Positions 20,123-30,492 of a stretch of 64,000 bases of DNA are shown in pieces. The stretch comes from an uncultured Planctomycetota bacterium. GTDB taxonomy: Bacteria > Planctomycetota > PLA2 > JAEUHO01. The notes beneath the pieces are model-generated. The model worked only from the letters and a program-made list of their open reading frames with translations. It was not told the DNA's origin and made no database searches. Positions within the stretch are counted from its first letter, which is position 1; each line of letters opens with the position of its first letter. The translations under genes and the position numbers were made by a program. Location of the stretch: NCBI GenBank assembly GCA_963752285.1, contig CAVVXN010000003.1, positions 192,001 to 256,000 on the forward strand. Direction: 5' to 3'.

Positions 20123-21820
20123 ATGTCACGACGTCTCCGGTACGCATTCCTCCTCCTCGTCCTCGGCCTGCTCGTCCCGGCCGCAGCGCGCGCGGGGGAC
20201 GCGAGTCCCACGACGGACGCGCCCGCCGACCTGGCGGCGCTCGTGCCCCCCGGCTCGTTCGCGTTCGTCTTCGTTCCCTCGATCGACGCGCTCCAGCAGC
20301 GCGTGCACGACATCGTGGCCGCGGTGGACCCGAGCGCGGTCGAAGAGGCGGACCTCGACGCGCTCTTCCAGCAGCTCCCGTTCGCGGACCAGATCGACCA
20401 CGCCGGGGCCATGGGACTCGCCGTGACGCTGCCGCAGGGCGACGAGAGCCCGGCGCCCTACTTGATCCTTCCGGTCACCGACGCGTCGGCCGCCGCGGCG
20501 GCCGCGGGGGAAGCCGGGATGCCTCCGCCGCCGATGAAGGGCTCGTACCTCCGGATGGCCATGGGTGCGGGCGACGTCGGAGAGGGAGAGCCGGCGACCG
20601 CGTTGACGAAGGGCCTTCCCGCCGGCGACCTGGTCGCGCGCGTGGACCTCGCCGCGCTCGTCGCGCGGTACGGCGACCAGCTCCGCGAGGGCCTGAAGGA
20701 GATGGAGCGGGAGATGCCCACCGGGCGCGCCCGGATGCCGGGCATGCCCGGCACGGAAGGCCTCGGCGCCATGCTCGAGGGGATGCGGAAGGCCCTGGAC
20801 GCCGTCCTCGTGTCCGCGGAGCGGCTCGACCTCGCCGTCACGGCGAAGGACACCGCCCTCGACCTCCACGTCCACTTCGTGGCGAAGGAGGGGAGTCCCC
20901 TCGCCAGGCCCCCCGTGGGCGGCGGCGACCTCCTCGCCGTGGGGAAGGGCCTGCCGGGCGACTGGCCGGTCCAGTGTCTCTTCTCCGCGGATCCCGCGCA
21001 GCTGCTCGAGTGGATGAAGCCCCTGCTGGGCACGTGGACCGCCAGCCTGCCCGAGGCGCAGCGGCCGGGCCTCGAGGCGATGATGGAGAAGGGGATCGAG
21101 ATCTGGAAGACGTACGGGGGCCACGAGCAGGCCCTGGCCATGCAGCTCGGCGATCAGGGCATCCAGCTCGTGCAGATCCAGTCCGCGAAGGACGCGAAGG
21201 GCCTCCTCGACCACATGAAGCAGCTCGTGACGGGAGGGGGCGGGGACGCCATGAAGGCGTTCGGCGTCACGTACGAGTTCACCGGGCCGGAGACGCTGTC
21301 CGGTCACGACGTCTACACCATGCGGATGGACTTCGACTGGGACAAGCTCGCCGCGACGTCCGGCCAGAAGATGCCGCCCGAGGCGAAGCAGATGGTCCAC
21401 GAGATGATGACCCGCATGTTCGGTCCGGACGGCATGCGCGTGCGCTACGCCGCGCTCCCCGGGAAGGTCGTGAGCGTCCTCGGGGACGACGCGCTGCTCG
21501 GGAGCACGCTCGCCCAGGTGGACGCCGGCGCCGCGCCGACCGGCGCGCTGGGCCAGGCGCTCCAGAAGGCGGGGCCGAAGCCGGCGTTCCTGCTCCGTGT
21601 CGAGGCGCGGAGCTTCGTCCGAGGGGTCCTCCAGTTCGTGCGCTCGATCATGCCCCCCGAGCGCCGCCCCGACGTCCCGGAGCTCTCGAAGGGCTGGCCC
21701 GCCACGCTCGTGCTCTGGGCGTCCGCGGAGGGCCGCGACTACCACGGCGGCCTCTCGACCGACGTGAAGGCGATGGCCGACCTCGTGAAGGAGCTCATGC
21801 GCATGGGGAAGTCCCGCTGA
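20123..21820 (+). CDS. Hypothetical exported protein
   Basis: Signal peptide (AARA), protein-like composition, GGAG upstream. Confidence 0.75.
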   Translation: MSRRLRYAFLLLVLGLLVPAAARAGDASPTTDAPADLAALVPPGSFAFVFVPSIDALQQRVHDIVAAVDPSAVEEADLDALFQQLPFADQIDHAGAMGLAVTLPQGDESPAPYLILPVTDASAAAAAAGEAGMPPPPMKGSYLRMAMGAGDVGEGEPATALTKGLPAGDLVARVDLAALVARYGDQLREGLKEMEREMPTGRARMPGMPGTEGLGAMLEGMRKALDAVLVSAERLDLAVTAKDTALDLHVHFVAKEGSPLARPPVGGGDLLAVGKGLPGDWPVQCLFSADPAQLLEWMKPLLGTWTASLPEAQRPGLEAMMEKGIEIWKTYGGHEQALAMQLGDQGIQLVQIQSAKDAKGLLDHMKQLVTGGGGDAMKAFGVTYEFTGPETLSGHDVYTMRMDFDWDKLAATSGQKMPPEAKQMVHEMMTRMFGPDGMRVRYAALPGKVVSVLGDDALLGSTLAQVDAGAAPTGALGQALQKAGPKPAFLLRVEARSFVRGVLQFVRSIMPPERRPDVPELSKGWPATLVLWASAEGRDYHGGLSTDVKAMADLVKELMRMGKSR

Positions 21821-21869
21821 TCCCGTCCCGGTCGGGCGGGTGATCGGGCCCGCGCGCGGCCCGATTGCA

Positions 21870-21896
21870 GAACTTTTGCGGCTCGGCGCGATCGAA
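21870..21896 (+). promoter_or_regulatory. Candidate ECF (RpoE-type) promoter
   Basis: GAACTT-N16-TCGAA, ending 30 nt before ATG 21927. Confidence 0.4.
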
Positions 21897-21926
21897 CGGG
21901 GTAGACCGTTCGGATCGGAGCCGACC

Positions 21927-24107
21927 ATGCGTTTCCTCCTCCTCCCCCTCGCGTTCCTGGGCGTCCTCGCCCTCCTCGCCCTCCTCGCGCCGTGCGCGCG
22001 GGCCGACGGGTTCCTCATCCCGACGAGGCCCGGCATGCCCGTGCGCGGGGCCTGGGCGGTCACGTACCACAAGGTGGACGTGGTGGTGCGGGGACCGCAC
22101 GCGCGCGTGTCGGTGGACGAGGAGTTCCAGAACCTCGGCGTGACGGCGCTCGAGGCCGAGTACGTCTTCCCGCTCCCGCACGGCGCGATGGTCTCCTCGA
22201 TCACGCTGTTCGAGAACGGGAAGGGGCTCGAGGGCGTGATCCTCCGCGCCGACGAGGCGCGTCGGGCGTACGAGGAGATCGTGCGCCGGCAGCGCGACCC
22301 GGCCCTGCTCGAGTACCTCGGCGACGACTTCTTCCGCGTGCGCGTGTTCCCCATCCCTCCGGGGGGTCGGCGGCGCGTCGTCCTGAAGTACGACCAGCTC
22401 CTCTCGACGGACGGCGGCACCACGGAGCTCCTCTACCCCCTGAACACCGAGAAGCTGTCCGCGCGCCCGCTCTCGGAGGTGGTGGTGGACGTGGACCTCG
22501 ACGCCGGGGCGCCTCTCGGGCCCGTGTACAGCCCGACGCACGACGTCGCCGTCGTCCGGAAGAGCGCCGAGCGTGCGCAGGTCACGTACGAGGCGTCCGA
22601 CGTCCTGCCGCAGGACGACTTCCTCCTCTACTGGGGGACCACGCACAACCAGGTGGGCGCGACGCTCCTCACGTACTGGCCTTCCCAGGACGACCGGGGG
22701 TACTTCCTCTTCCTCGCCTCGCCGGCGGCCGGCGGCCCCGAGGTCGCGGCGCGCCCGAAGCAGATCACGTTCGTCGTGGACACGTCCGGCTCGATGGCCG
22801 GACCGAAGATCGACCAGGTGCGCGCGGCGCTCCGCCAGGTGATCGGGAGCCTGAACCCCGGCGACCGGTTCAACGTCATCGCGTACCACACGGCCGTGAT
22901 GCCGCTCTGGGACGCCGTGCACGAGGCGACGCCGAAGAGCCGGGACGAGGCCCTCGCGTTCGTCGCGGGCCTGCGCGCGGAGGGGGGGACGAACATCGAG
23001 GAGGCGCTCACCGCCGCCCTCGCGGGCACGAAGGACGACGACGTGGCCTCGGCGATCGTCTTCTTGACCGACGGCCGTCCCACGATCGGCACGACCGACA
23101 CCGACGAGATCCTCCGTGCGGTGGACGGGGCGAACCCGAAGGGGCGCGTGCGCGTGTTCGTGCTCGGGGTCGGCGTGGACGTGAACACGGTGCTGCTCGA
23201 CCGACTCGCGCTCGAGAACCACGGGGCGCCCTCGTTCCTCCGCCCGGGCGAGGACGTCGAGCCGAAGGTGGCGTCGCTCTACGAGAAGATCCGCTACCCC
23301 GTCCTGACCGACCTCTCGCTCACCGCCCCGGGCCTCTCGGTCTCGGAGCTGCTCCCCCGCGTCGTGCCGGACCTGTTCCGCGGCGGCCAGGTGGTGCTGG
23401 CGGGTCGCTACCAGACGCCCGGTCGGAAGGAGGTCGTGCTCTCGGGTCGGGACGGGAACCTCACGCGCGAGTACCACTACGTCCTCCAGGCCGCCGACCG
23501 CGGGCAGGGCCTGCTCTCGGACTTCCCCGCGCGCGTCTGGGCCACCCGCCGCATCGCGGAGCTCATCGACGCGATCCGGCTCCAGAAGCGGGCCGATCCG
23601 GAGCTCGTGACCGAGATCGTCCGGCTCTCCACGCGCTTCGGGATCCTGACCGAGTACACGGCCTTCCTCGCCGCCGAGGGCGCGGACCACACCCGCTTCC
23701 GCGACAACGTCGTCGCGGCGGGCCGTCAGCTCGACGAGCTGGGCGCGAGCGAGGTGGGCGCCGTCGGCGTGGCCCAGTCGAAGAACCAGGCTTCCCGCCG
23801 CGGCGCCGACCGCGCGGCCGGGCCGACGCTCTGGACCGCCGAGGAAGACGGACGGGACGTCCAGAACGAGCAGCTCGGCGACGCGGTGCGCCAGGTCGGG
23901 AACCGGACCTTCTATCGCCGCGCGCACGGCTGGGTGGACGCGGAGGTGCACGACCTCTCCCACGTGGACGAGACGGTTTCGCGCTGGTCGCCGCGCTTCT
24001 TCGAGATCCTCCGCACGACGACGCCCGACGAGAACGCACGTCTCGCCCAGAGGGGCGCGGTCGTTCTGGAGGTCGGGGGCCGGGTCCTTCGTATCGTGGA
24101 CGCGTGA
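21927..24107 (+). CDS. VIT and vWA domain protein (inter-alpha-trypsin inhibitor-like)
   Basis: Signal peptide; LEAEYVFPLP..ARRAYEEIV..DPALLE (VIT); VDTSGSM, GGTNI, FLTDG (MIDAS). Confidence 0.92.
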   Translation: MRFLLLPLAFLGVLALLALLAPCARADGFLIPTRPGMPVRGAWAVTYHKVDVVVRGPHARVSVDEEFQNLGVTALEAEYVFPLPHGAMVSSITLFENGKGLEGVILRADEARRAYEEIVRRQRDPALLEYLGDDFFRVRVFPIPPGGRRRVVLKYDQLLSTDGGTTELLYPLNTEKLSARPLSEVVVDVDLDAGAPLGPVYSPTHDVAVVRKSAERAQVTYEASDVLPQDDFLLYWGTTHNQVGATLLTYWPSQDDRGYFLFLASPAAGGPEVAARPKQITFVVDTSGSMAGPKIDQVRAALRQVIGSLNPGDRFNVIAYHTAVMPLWDAVHEATPKSRDEALAFVAGLRAEGGTNIEEALTAALAGTKDDDVASAIVFLTDGRPTIGTTDTDEILRAVDGANPKGRVRVFVLGVGVDVNTVLLDRLALENHGAPSFLRPGEDVEPKVASLYEKIRYPVLTDLSLTAPGLSVSELLPRVVPDLFRGGQVVLAGRYQTPGRKEVVLSGRDGNLTREYHYVLQAADRGQGLLSDFPARVWATRRIAELIDAIRLQKRADPELVTEIVRLSTRFGILTEYTAFLAAEGADHTRFRDNVVAAGRQLDELGASEVGAVGVAQSKNQASRRGADRAAGPTLWTAEEDGRDVQNEQLGDAVRQVGNRTFYRRAHGWVDAEVHDLSHVDETVSRWSPRFFEILRTTTPDENARLAQRGAVVLEVGGRVLRIVDA

Positions 24108-24120
24108 CCCCGGAGCCCCG

Positions 24121-24819
24121 ATGTCCGACCACGACGCCCCGCGCGTCCTGATCGTCGAGGACGAGCCGGCGCTCGCCGAGGGCCTGGCCGAGGCGCTCGG
24201 CTTCCAGGGCTACGTCTGCGACGTCGCGGGGGACGGGCGATCGGCGCTCGACCGGGCGCGGGTCCGTCGCTACGACGTGATGCTCCTCGACGTGATGCTC
24301 CCGCACGTGAGCGGGTTCGACGTCATGGCCACCCTCCGCTCCGAGGGCAACAAGGTCCCGACCATCATCCTGACGGCGAAGAACGCCGAGTCGGACCGGG
24401 TGAAGGGCCTGGACCTCGGCGCGGACGACTACGTCACGAAGCCCTTCGCGATCGCCGAGCTCCTGGCGCGCGTCGCCGCGCAGGTGCGCCGCGCGCGCAT
24501 GGACCGGGGCGACGGCGAGGTGTTCGAGGCCGACGGGATCCAGTTCGACCTGGGGCGGCTCGTGGCCGAACGCGGTGCGGAGGCGATCCTGCTCACGCCG
24601 CGCGAGGGCGAGATCCTCTCGTACCTCCGAGCGCGGCGCGGGAACGTGGTCACGCGGGACGAGTTCCTGCTCCAGGTGTGGCGCTACCCCACGGCGAACG
24701 TGCAGACGCGGACGGTGGACAACACCCTCGCCGCGCTTCGGCGCAAGGTCGAGCGAGATCCCGCGGCGCCGCGCATCGTGCTCACCGTTCGGGGCAAGGG
24801 CTACCGGTGGGGCGGGTGA
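24121..24819 (+). CDS. OmpR-family response regulator
   Basis: VEDE, LLDVMLP, GADDYVTKPF, TVRGKGY. Confidence 0.95.
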   Translation: MSDHDAPRVLIVEDEPALAEGLAEALGFQGYVCDVAGDGRSALDRARVRRYDVMLLDVMLPHVSGFDVMATLRSEGNKVPTIILTAKNAESDRVKGLDLGADDYVTKPFAIAELLARVAAQVRRARMDRGDGEVFEADGIQFDLGRLVAERGAEAILLTPREGEILSYLRARRGNVVTRDEFLLQVWRYPTANVQTRTVDNTLAALRRKVERDPAAPRIVLTVRGKGYRWGG

Positions 24820-26657
24820 CGAGATCGTCGCACCGCCGACCGCGGGGCCTCGCCGACCGGCCCTTCGTGCTGTTCGGACTGCTCCTCCTCGTGCCCGCGG
24901 TGGGCTTCGGGCTGCTCGGATGGCGGAGCGTGGAGCGCGAGCGCGACGCGCACGCGCGCGAGATCGCGAGCGAGGCGCGCGACGTGGTGGAGCGACGGCT
25001 CCAGGACGTGGCGGCCGGCCTCCGCACGCTCGAGGCGCGCGAGAGCGACCGCCCCTACTACGCGTACCAGTCGCAGTTCGCGCCCGAGGAGACGATCTTC
25101 CAGCAGCTCGACTTCCAGCCGAGCCCGCTCACGAAGGCGCCCGAGGACCCGCGCGTCCTGGGCTGGTTCCAGTGGGAGCTCGGCGCGAAGGGCGTCTTCT
25201 CGGGTCCGGAGGTGTTCGGCCCGGAGACCGCGGCGTGGGCGCCCGCGCTGGGCGCGGTCTACGGCCCCGCGCTCGAGGCGCGTCTCGCCGCCGCGCCGGG
25301 CAGCGTGGACCTGCGCGGCGCGCGGCGGGTGGACCACCCGCTCCGCGTGGTGAAGGCCAACGAGGAGCGCGGTCAGCTGATCGAGGAGATCCAGCTCCTG
25401 CAGAACCAGCAGCGCCTGGCGAAGGACGAGTCCGAGAAGAAGAGCTCGTACCTCGACACGTTCTCCCGCCGCGCCACCGACGCGCCGGTCCCCGTGCGCT
25501 ACGGCGCGTTCCGCTACCTCGCCCGGCCGGCCGGGCTCGACGGCCCGCCGCTCGTCGCCTGGCGGCTCGTGTGGATCCCCGGCGTCTACGCGGAGCAGCG
25601 CGAGGTCCGTCGGGACCGCTGGCTCCTCCAGGGCTACGCGCTGGACCCGGGGAACGCGCTTCCGACCGTCTGGGAGCCCGTCGGCAGCGTCCGGATCGTC
25701 CGCGCGGACCTCGCCGGGAGCGCGCCCGCGGAGGGCCGTCGCGACGACTCCGTGGCGAGCGTGCTCGGCGCGACGGTCCTCCCGTCCGGGGACGGCGTGC
25801 TTCGTCCCGACCCCCGGCTCTCCCTCGTGGCGGTTCCGAACCAGGCCGTGATCGAGGGCGCCTACGCCGACGCGCGCGCGCGGTTCCTCTGGCTGCTCGC
25901 GAGCGTCGTCGCGGTCGTGGGCGTGGGGTTCTTCGTGCTGACGCGCGGTCTGCGCCGGGAGGTGGCCCTCGCGCGACAAAAGGAAGACTTCCTCGCGGCG
26001 GTGACGCACGAGCTGAAGACGCCCCTCGCGGCGATCCGCATGCACGCCGACATGCTGCGGGAGGGGTGGGTCGCCGATCCGGACGCCGCGGTGCGGTACG
26101 CCTCCCGGATCCTCGACGAGACGGACCGTCTCGGCCATCTCGTGGACCAGGTCCTGGACCTCGCGGCGCTCGAGCGCGGCGTGGCGCGGGCGCACGCGGT
26201 GCCGGGCGACCTCGCGGCCTGTGTCCGCGACGCGGCGTCGCTCGTCGAGGCGCGCGTCGCGGCGAGGGGCGCGCGCCTCTCGATCGAGACGGCGGCCGAC
26301 CTCCCGCTCGTCGCCTTCGACCCACGTCTCGTCCGCCCGCTCGTCCTGAACCTCCTCGACAACGCGCTGAAGTACGGTCTCACCGACGACGCGCGCGAGA
26401 TCCGCGTCGTGCTCTCGCGCGAGAGCGACGCGGTCCTCCTCGCGGTCGCCGACCGCGGGCCGGGCATCGACCCGTCGATCCGGCGGCGGCTCTTCGAGCC
26501 GTTCCTCCGCGCGGGCGACGAGATGACGCGCACCGCGCCGGGGGTGGGCATCGGTCTGGCGCTCGTGAAGCGCTATGCGGTCGCGCACGACGCCCGGATC
26601 GGGATTTCGAGCGACCCGGGGCTCGGCACCCGCGTCGAGGTCCGCTTCCCCCTCTGA
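24816..26657 (+). CDS. Sensor histidine kinase
   Basis: Two TM helices; HELKTPL, NLLDNALKY, DRGPGI, GVGIGL; GTGA overlap. Confidence 0.93.
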   Translation: MTRSSHRRPRGLADRPFVLFGLLLLVPAVGFGLLGWRSVERERDAHAREIASEARDVVERRLQDVAAGLRTLEARESDRPYYAYQSQFAPEETIFQQLDFQPSPLTKAPEDPRVLGWFQWELGAKGVFSGPEVFGPETAAWAPALGAVYGPALEARLAAAPGSVDLRGARRVDHPLRVVKANEERGQLIEEIQLLQNQQRLAKDESEKKSSYLDTFSRRATDAPVPVRYGAFRYLARPAGLDGPPLVAWRLVWIPGVYAEQREVRRDRWLLQGYALDPGNALPTVWEPVGSVRIVRADLAGSAPAEGRRDDSVASVLGATVLPSGDGVLRPDPRLSLVAVPNQAVIEGAYADARARFLWLLASVVAVVGVGFFVLTRGLRREVALARQKEDFLAAVTHELKTPLAAIRMHADMLREGWVADPDAAVRYASRILDETDRLGHLVDQVLDLAALERGVARAHAVPGDLAACVRDAASLVEARVAARGARLSIETAADLPLVAFDPRLVRPLVLNLLDNALKYGLTDDAREIRVVLSRESDAVLLAVADRGPGIDPSIRRRLFEPFLRAGDEMTRTAPGVGIGLALVKRYAVAHDARIGISSDPGLGTRVEVRFPL

Positions 26658-26818
26658 ACGGGTCCCGGGGTGATTTGCGGGTTTCGAGGCAGAAGGCCCG
26701 GCCGGCGGGCGCGCGCGTGGACCATCGGGGATAGAATCGTGACGTCCCGTCGCACCCCCGGCGCCTGCCGTTCCCGCCGGAGCTCCTCCTGGATGCCATC
26801 ACGTGCCATCGGCTGCGG

Positions 26819-27586
26819 ATGTTGGGGGCCCTCGAGCCGTCGCTCTGCTCGCTACCGCTCGAGGAACGACTCTCGCGCGTGTACCGCGCCTTCGTGGACC
26901 GTCTGCCGTTCGAGAACCTCTCCAATCACCGCGCGTGCAGCGCGGCGCCGGCCGATCCCGACGCGTGGCCGCGCGCGACGGACCGCGTGCTCCGCGACCA
27001 CCTCTCGTGCGGGCTCGGCGGCACCTCCTTCTCGCTCGCCTACGCCCTGCGCGACCTGCTGCACGGCGTGGGCGGGAACGCGCACCTCGCGCTCGGGAGG
27101 AACCTGGTCACCGAGGAGATGCACGCGGCCGTCCTCGTGTTCCTCGACTCCGGGCCCGTCCTCTTCGACGCGTCGATCCTCGCCTCCGGTGCCGTGCCGG
27201 TACACCCCGGCGGCGCGCTCGAGGACCCTCTCGGCCGCGTCCGCCTGGAGCCCTGCCGCGGCGCGACGTTGACGCTCGTGATCGCGCGTGCGGGCGCGGA
27301 CCGGCCCCGGGCCGCGTACGCCCTCGCGCCCGCGCCGTCGCCTCCGCACCGCTTCCGCGCGGCGTGGGTCGCGTCGTTCGAGCGCGGGCGCCGCCGACCC
27401 CTGCGCCTCGCGCGGCGCGTGGGAGACGTCATCCGCAGGTACACGCAATCGTCCTCGCGCCTCGAGGTGCTCACGCCCGGCGGCATCGAGACGCGTCGGC
27501 TCGGCACGGCGCCCGTGGACGAGCTGCACGAGCTCTTCGGGATCCGCGCGGACTGCCTCACGGAGTGGTTCGCCCTGGCCGGCTGA
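26819..27586 (+). CDS. Arylamine N-acetyltransferase-like protein (Ser at catalytic Cys position)
   Basis: LPFENL, GGTSF, MHAAV, LFDAS. Confidence 0.7.
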   Translation: MLGALEPSLCSLPLEERLSRVYRAFVDRLPFENLSNHRACSAAPADPDAWPRATDRVLRDHLSCGLGGTSFSLAYALRDLLHGVGGNAHLALGRNLVTEEMHAAVLVFLDSGPVLFDASILASGAVPVHPGGALEDPLGRVRLEPCRGATLTLVIARAGADRPRAAYALAPAPSPPHRFRAAWVASFERGRRRPLRLARRVGDVIRRYTQSSSRLEVLTPGGIETRRLGTAPVDELHELFGIRADCLTEWFALAG

Positions 27587-27609
27587 GGACCCCGGGCGGG
27601 AGCCCGCGG

Positions 27610-30492
27610 CTACTGCACGCGCTTCACGCCGACCCGGACGAGGACCACGCGGCCCGTCCCCTCGGGCGCCGGCAGGGTCAGCAGGAGCGACTGGCCGTCT
27701 CCGAGCGGCGGCGCGGCCGTCCGGGACTGGACGGGGTAGTGGCGCGGGACGGTCACCTGCGCGGCGCTCGAGCCCAGCGTGGGCAGGGCCACGCGTTCGA
27801 GCGACTTCAGGCGCGCGGCGAGGGCCTCCACGCGCACGAGGCGGCGTCCGTTCTCGTCGAGGTCCGGGCGGACCAGCACGACGATGCCCTCCTCGGCGAC
27901 GCCGTTCACGGGCGTGTAGCGCATCTCGCCGCCCGGATCCCGCCAGAAGCGGATGTCCTCGACGATCCGGACGGTGTGCAGGTTGCTCGCGGCGACCTTC
28001 TGCGTGGCGCGGGCCAGCAGTCTCGACTGCAGCGCGTACAGGCCGCCCGTGGCGCTGAGCGCCCGCATGCGCTGGTCGAGCGCCGTCTCCGCCTCCTCGT
28101 CCAGCAGGAGGTACGCGCCGGGGAGGTTCGACCACGTCGTCGCCTTCCCGAGGCGGAGGAGCTCGGCGAGCGTCTCCTCCGTCACCTCGGCGCTCGTGAC
28201 CTCGACGTCGTAGAGCGTGAGGTCGGCGGCGCGGAGACGGTCCACCGCCGCCTTGAGGCGCTCCTGCTGCTCGGGGAGGAGCGTCGCGCGGGCGACGTCG
28301 CCGGTCACCGTGACGGGGCTCTCCGCGCCGTCCGTGGCCAGGCCCGACCACGCGCCGCCCAGCTCGCTCGCGAGGTACCGCTCGCGCGCGCGCCGCTCCG
28401 TCGCGAGGGGGACGGGCACGGTCATCGGGCGCTGCGGCCAGCTCGCGGCGATCAGGTCGTCCACGACCTCCGTGGCGAGAGGGCCGAGGGCGTACTCGCG
28501 CTCCTCCGGTCCGCTCGGCGCGGGCTGCGGGGCGAGCGGCACGTCGGGCACCGGGACGTCGGCGGTCCCGTGCCGCACGGGACGTGCGCCGGCGAGCACG
28601 ACGAGGCCGGGGAACTCCGTCGCGGAGCCGGGGAACGGGTTCGCGAGGCCCAGCAGGACGAGCGTGCCGCTGTGGGGCACGACGTCCGCGGCCTCCACGG
28701 TCTGCTCGGCCATCGGTCGCGCGAGTCGCGCCCAGTCGCCGCCCGCGTTCGCCTTCGGCACGACGACCGATCCGAGCGGAACGCGTCGAGTCGCGGAGAG
28801 GCCGAGCGCGGCGACCGGCGCGCCGGGAGCGTGCGGCAGGTCCTCCGAGTAGACCTCGAGCCAGACGCCGTACCGCGCCTCGTCGGGCCCGAGCACGAGC
28901 GACGGCGCCGGCTCGTCGGCGAACACGGGGTTCTCGTCGGACCGCTGCGTGATCTCCACCGTGGCCGAGGGACGGCCCCCGAGCGTGAGTCGTGTGGTCC
29001 CGAGCAGCCTCACGCCCTCGAGCGGCTGGACCGACGCGAGGCACTCTTCGAAGAGCCGGTTCGAGACGACGAGGTCGAAGCCCGACTCGCGGGGCGTGGC
29101 CTTGAGGCCGAGGCGCGTGGCGAGGCGCGTGCCGCCCGCCGAGGTGGAGAGGAGCACGGCGATGTCCACGGCCATCGGCGGCGCATCGGGCGCGAAGCCC
29201 TGCAAAAGGTCCTCGACCCGCTTGTGCGCGGCGCGGTTGTTCTGGACGATCAGCGCGTCGCCGAAGCGGCTGAGGATGCGCTGCGGGCCCCCGGGGTTCG
29301 GGGACTCCGACCAGCCCGTGCCGACGTTCTGCCGGATCCAGCGCTCCGCCCACCACGCCCGCACCAGCCCGCCTGGCGCCCGCGTCACCGAGAGGCCCTC
29401 GGGGAACGCGCCGGCCACGAGCGCGGCCTCCTTCGCGTCGGGGGGGACGGGCGGAGGGCGCGCGTCGTAGATGACGAGCGGGTCCTCCTCCTCGGGTCGC
29501 GGCGTGAACACCTCGCTCAGGAGGTCGTAGAAGCGGCGTCGCCAGCCCGCCACCGCGGTCGTGGGGTCGGGGAACGGGGGCTCGTGCCCGAGGTCGAGCC
29601 CGCGGTGACGACCGTCCTCGATCGTCCGCCGGAGCCACACGAGGACGTAGGCCCGCTCCTCGCGGAGGTCCGGCAGGAACTCGCTCGCGTCGATCTTCTC
29701 GATCGCCGACTGGAACCGGTCGGCCGCGCCGGAGAGGTCCTCGGCCTTGTAGCGGTCGATCCCCTCCCGCGCGAGGCGCTCCACCTCCGTCCGGAGGCGT
29801 CGGAAGCCCTGGACGTGCTTCGTCTCGGCGAAGCGCAGCAGCTGCCGGAGCAGGTCGCCCCGGTCGGGCATCGCCTTGTTGATGCGGGCGAGGAGGAGGT
29901 CGGCGTCCGGGTTCTCGGGCAGGAGGTTCTTCGCGTCCAGACAGAGCTGCCGCGCGAGCTCGAGCCGTCCCTCGTCGTACGCGCGACGCGCCTGCTCGAC
30001 GAGACCCCGGGCCTCCTCCCGCTTCTGCTCCTCGATGCGCTGGAGGGCGGCGTCCACGAGCTGCCTCTGGTCCACGGACGGGTGCGCGGCGGCGCTGGCG
30101 GCGCGGGCCTTCTCGGCCTCCTCGCGCACTTCGGCGGGCAGCGTCGTGTCGCCGTGGATCGTGTCCCAGATGGCGACGGCCTCGTCGGTCCGGGACAGGA
30201 GGACCAGACACCTCGCCTCGCCGAGCAGCGCGGCGCCCCGGTGCTCCGGGTCGAGGGTGGGCTCCGCGAGCAGCTGCACGTACGTCCCGAGCGCCTTCGC
30301 CGCGTCGCCCTCGGTGTGCTCCTGGTATCGCGCCTGGCTCAGCAGACGGTCGAGGCGCGCGCCCGAGTCGGCGTCGTCGGCGCGCGCGCCGACGGCGGCC
30401 AGGGCGAGGAGGGCCGGCACGAGCCACCCGGCCGAGCGCCGTCGGAGAACGGGGGGCAAGCTCCGGGTCGGGCTGCGCGGCACGGCCGTCAT
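27610..30492 (-). CDS. Large exported protein: TPR-like N-terminus plus degenerate secretin-like C-terminal modules
   Basis: Signal (AVGARA), helical TPR-like repeats, ALIVQN..AHKRVEDLL, EEGIVVLVRP..PLGDGQSLLL. Confidence 0.65.
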   Translation of the reverse strand: MTAVPRSPTRSLPPVLRRRSAGWLVPALLALAAVGARADDADSGARLDRLLSQARYQEHTEGDAAKALGTYVQLLAEPTLDPEHRGAALLGEARCLVLLSRTDEAVAIWDTIHGDTTLPAEVREEAEKARAASAAAHPSVDQRQLVDAALQRIEEQKREEARGLVEQARRAYDEGRLELARQLCLDAKNLLPENPDADLLLARINKAMPDRGDLLRQLLRFAETKHVQGFRRLRTEVERLAREGIDRYKAEDLSGAADRFQSAIEKIDASEFLPDLREERAYVLVWLRRTIEDGRHRGLDLGHEPPFPDPTTAVAGWRRRFYDLLSEVFTPRPEEEDPLVIYDARPPPVPPDAKEAALVAGAFPEGLSVTRAPGGLVRAWWAERWIRQNVGTGWSESPNPGGPQRILSRFGDALIVQNNRAAHKRVEDLLQGFAPDAPPMAVDIAVLLSTSAGGTRLATRLGLKATPRESGFDLVVSNRLFEECLASVQPLEGVRLLGTTRLTLGGRPSATVEITQRSDENPVFADEPAPSLVLGPDEARYGVWLEVYSEDLPHAPGAPVAALGLSATRRVPLGSVVVPKANAGGDWARLARPMAEQTVEAADVVPHSGTLVLLGLANPFPGSATEFPGLVVLAGARPVRHGTADVPVPDVPLAPQPAPSGPEEREYALGPLATEVVDDLIAASWPQRPMTVPVPLATERRARERYLASELGGAWSGLATDGAESPVTVTGDVARATLLPEQQERLKAAVDRLRAADLTLYDVEVTSAEVTEETLAELLRLGKATTWSNLPGAYLLLDEEAETALDQRMRALSATGGLYALQSRLLARATQKVAASNLHTVRIVEDIRFWRDPGGEMRYTPVNGVAEEGIVVLVRPDLDENGRRLVRVEALAARLKSLERVALPTLGSSAAQVTVPRHYPVQSRTAAPPLGDGQSLLLTLPAPEGTGRVVLVRVGVKRVQ

